Source of the DNA: Myxococcota bacterium
GTDB lineage: Bacteria > Myxococcota_A > UBA9160 > SZUA-336
Direction: 5' to 3'
DNA length: 64,000 nucleotides
Assembly (NCBI GenBank): GCA_046754285.1
Contig: JBHHVJ010000012.1
Coordinates: 3,249-67,248, forward strand
Part shown: positions 63,429 to 64,000 of the stretch, piece after piece
Layout: every line of letters starts with the position of its first letter
Numbering within the stretch: position 1 is the stretch's first letter
Translations under genes and position numbers: made by a program
Notes under the pieces: model-generated
Seen by the model: the letters and a program-made list of their open reading frames with translations, nothing else
Databases searched by the model: none
What the model was told of the DNA's origin: nothing

Positions 63429-64000
63429 AGTGGGATGTTCCCGTGCTTGCGGGGGAGATTCTCGCCCTTCTTGTTCTCGAGCATCGCGAGCGCGTCGATG
63501 ATGCGGGGACGCGTCTCCTCCGGCTTGATCACCGCATCGATGTATCCCAGCGACGCGGCCTTGTAGGGGTTGGCGAACGTCTCCCGGTAGGCTGCCACGA
63601 GCCGCTCACGCGTCTGGTCCGGACGCTCCGAGCCCGCCAGTTCATCGCGATGGATGATGTTGACCGCCCCCTCCGGCCCCATCACGGCGATCTCCGATTG
63701 GGGATAGGCGTAGTTGACGTCCCCACGCAGATGCTTCGAGCTCATCACATCGTAGGCGCCGCCGTAGGCCTTGCGAGTAATGACGGTGATCTTGGGCACG
63801 GTCGCCTCGGCGTAGGCGTAGAGCAGCTTGGCCCCGTGACGGATGATGCCGCCGAACTCCTGTGCGGTGCCAGGAAGGAAGCCGGGAACATCGACGAACG
63901 TCACGAGGGGAATGTTGAAAGCGTCGCAGAAGCGGACGAAGCGAGCCGCCTTGACCGACGCGTCGATGTCAAGGCAGCCCGCCAGATGGCTCGGCTCGTT
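63425..64000 (-). CDS. acyl-CoA carboxylase carboxyltransferase (beta) subunit, 5' end beyond the window
   Basis: The frame is open to position 64000. The sequence [39 protein letters not shown]...AYGGAYDVM...[16 protein letters not shown] matches the family. The stop overlaps the accC start (ATGA). Confidence 0.9.
   Translation of the reverse strand, partial: NEPSHLAGCLDIDASVKAARFVRFCDAFNIPLVTFVDVPGFLPGTAQEFGGIIRHGAKLLYAYAEATVPKITVITRKAYGGAYDVMSSKHLRGDVNYAYPQSEIAVMGPEGAVNIIHRDELAGSERPDQTRERLVAAYRETFANPYKAASLGYIDAVIKPEETRPRIIDALAMLENKKGENLPRKHGNIPL

Overview
High-GC (by eye about 70%) bacterial chromosomal window, densely coded on both strands. The gene content (ExeA/GspB pair, PEP-CTERM protein, TSP3 repeats, DUF4331) suggests a Myxococcota/deltaproteobacterium-like organism; this is inference only. 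About 70 genes can be supported. The conserved housekeeping core includes rplU-rpmA-obg-proB-proA-nadD-rsfS-gpmI-comF, greA, ridA, nadA, tRNA-Pro(CGG), lon, gshA, tatA-tatC and an accC/BCCP/carboxyltransferase set. I found no rRNA, CRISPR array, transposase or integrase. The most interesting part is an accessory block at about 32.7-40.3 kb. It holds a visibly lower-GC divergent pair: a PEP-CTERM-anchored protein and a 989-aa secreted metallophosphoesterase carrying TSP3 repeats, a dockerin-like module and four copies of an unnamed ~55-aa repeat. An ECF sigma factor and a CxxC AhpD/CMD-like protein follow, each preceded by the same ECF-like motif (TGWATCCTTTTCGG-N9-CGTC). This block sits against a decayed DUF4331-TPR-HupE-like operon with a frameshift, truncations and a fused ORF. 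It is bracketed by a 167-bp perfectly identical direct repeat (32856-33022 = 36882-37048). The left copy lies inside an otherwise diverged, frameshifted 3' remnant of a paralog, which looks like gene conversion or cassette exchange. Other oddities are a pseudo-REC / degenerate sigma54-type AAA+ / pseudo-histidine-kinase protein, a PAS-HisKA-REC protein with no ATPase domain, a glutaredoxin-thioredoxin reductase fusion, a lipoprotein-type DUF151 nuclease, and a DUF6285-like ORF with no canonical in-frame start. All family calls come from motif reading of the supplied translations. No searches or statistics were run, and GC statements are visual.
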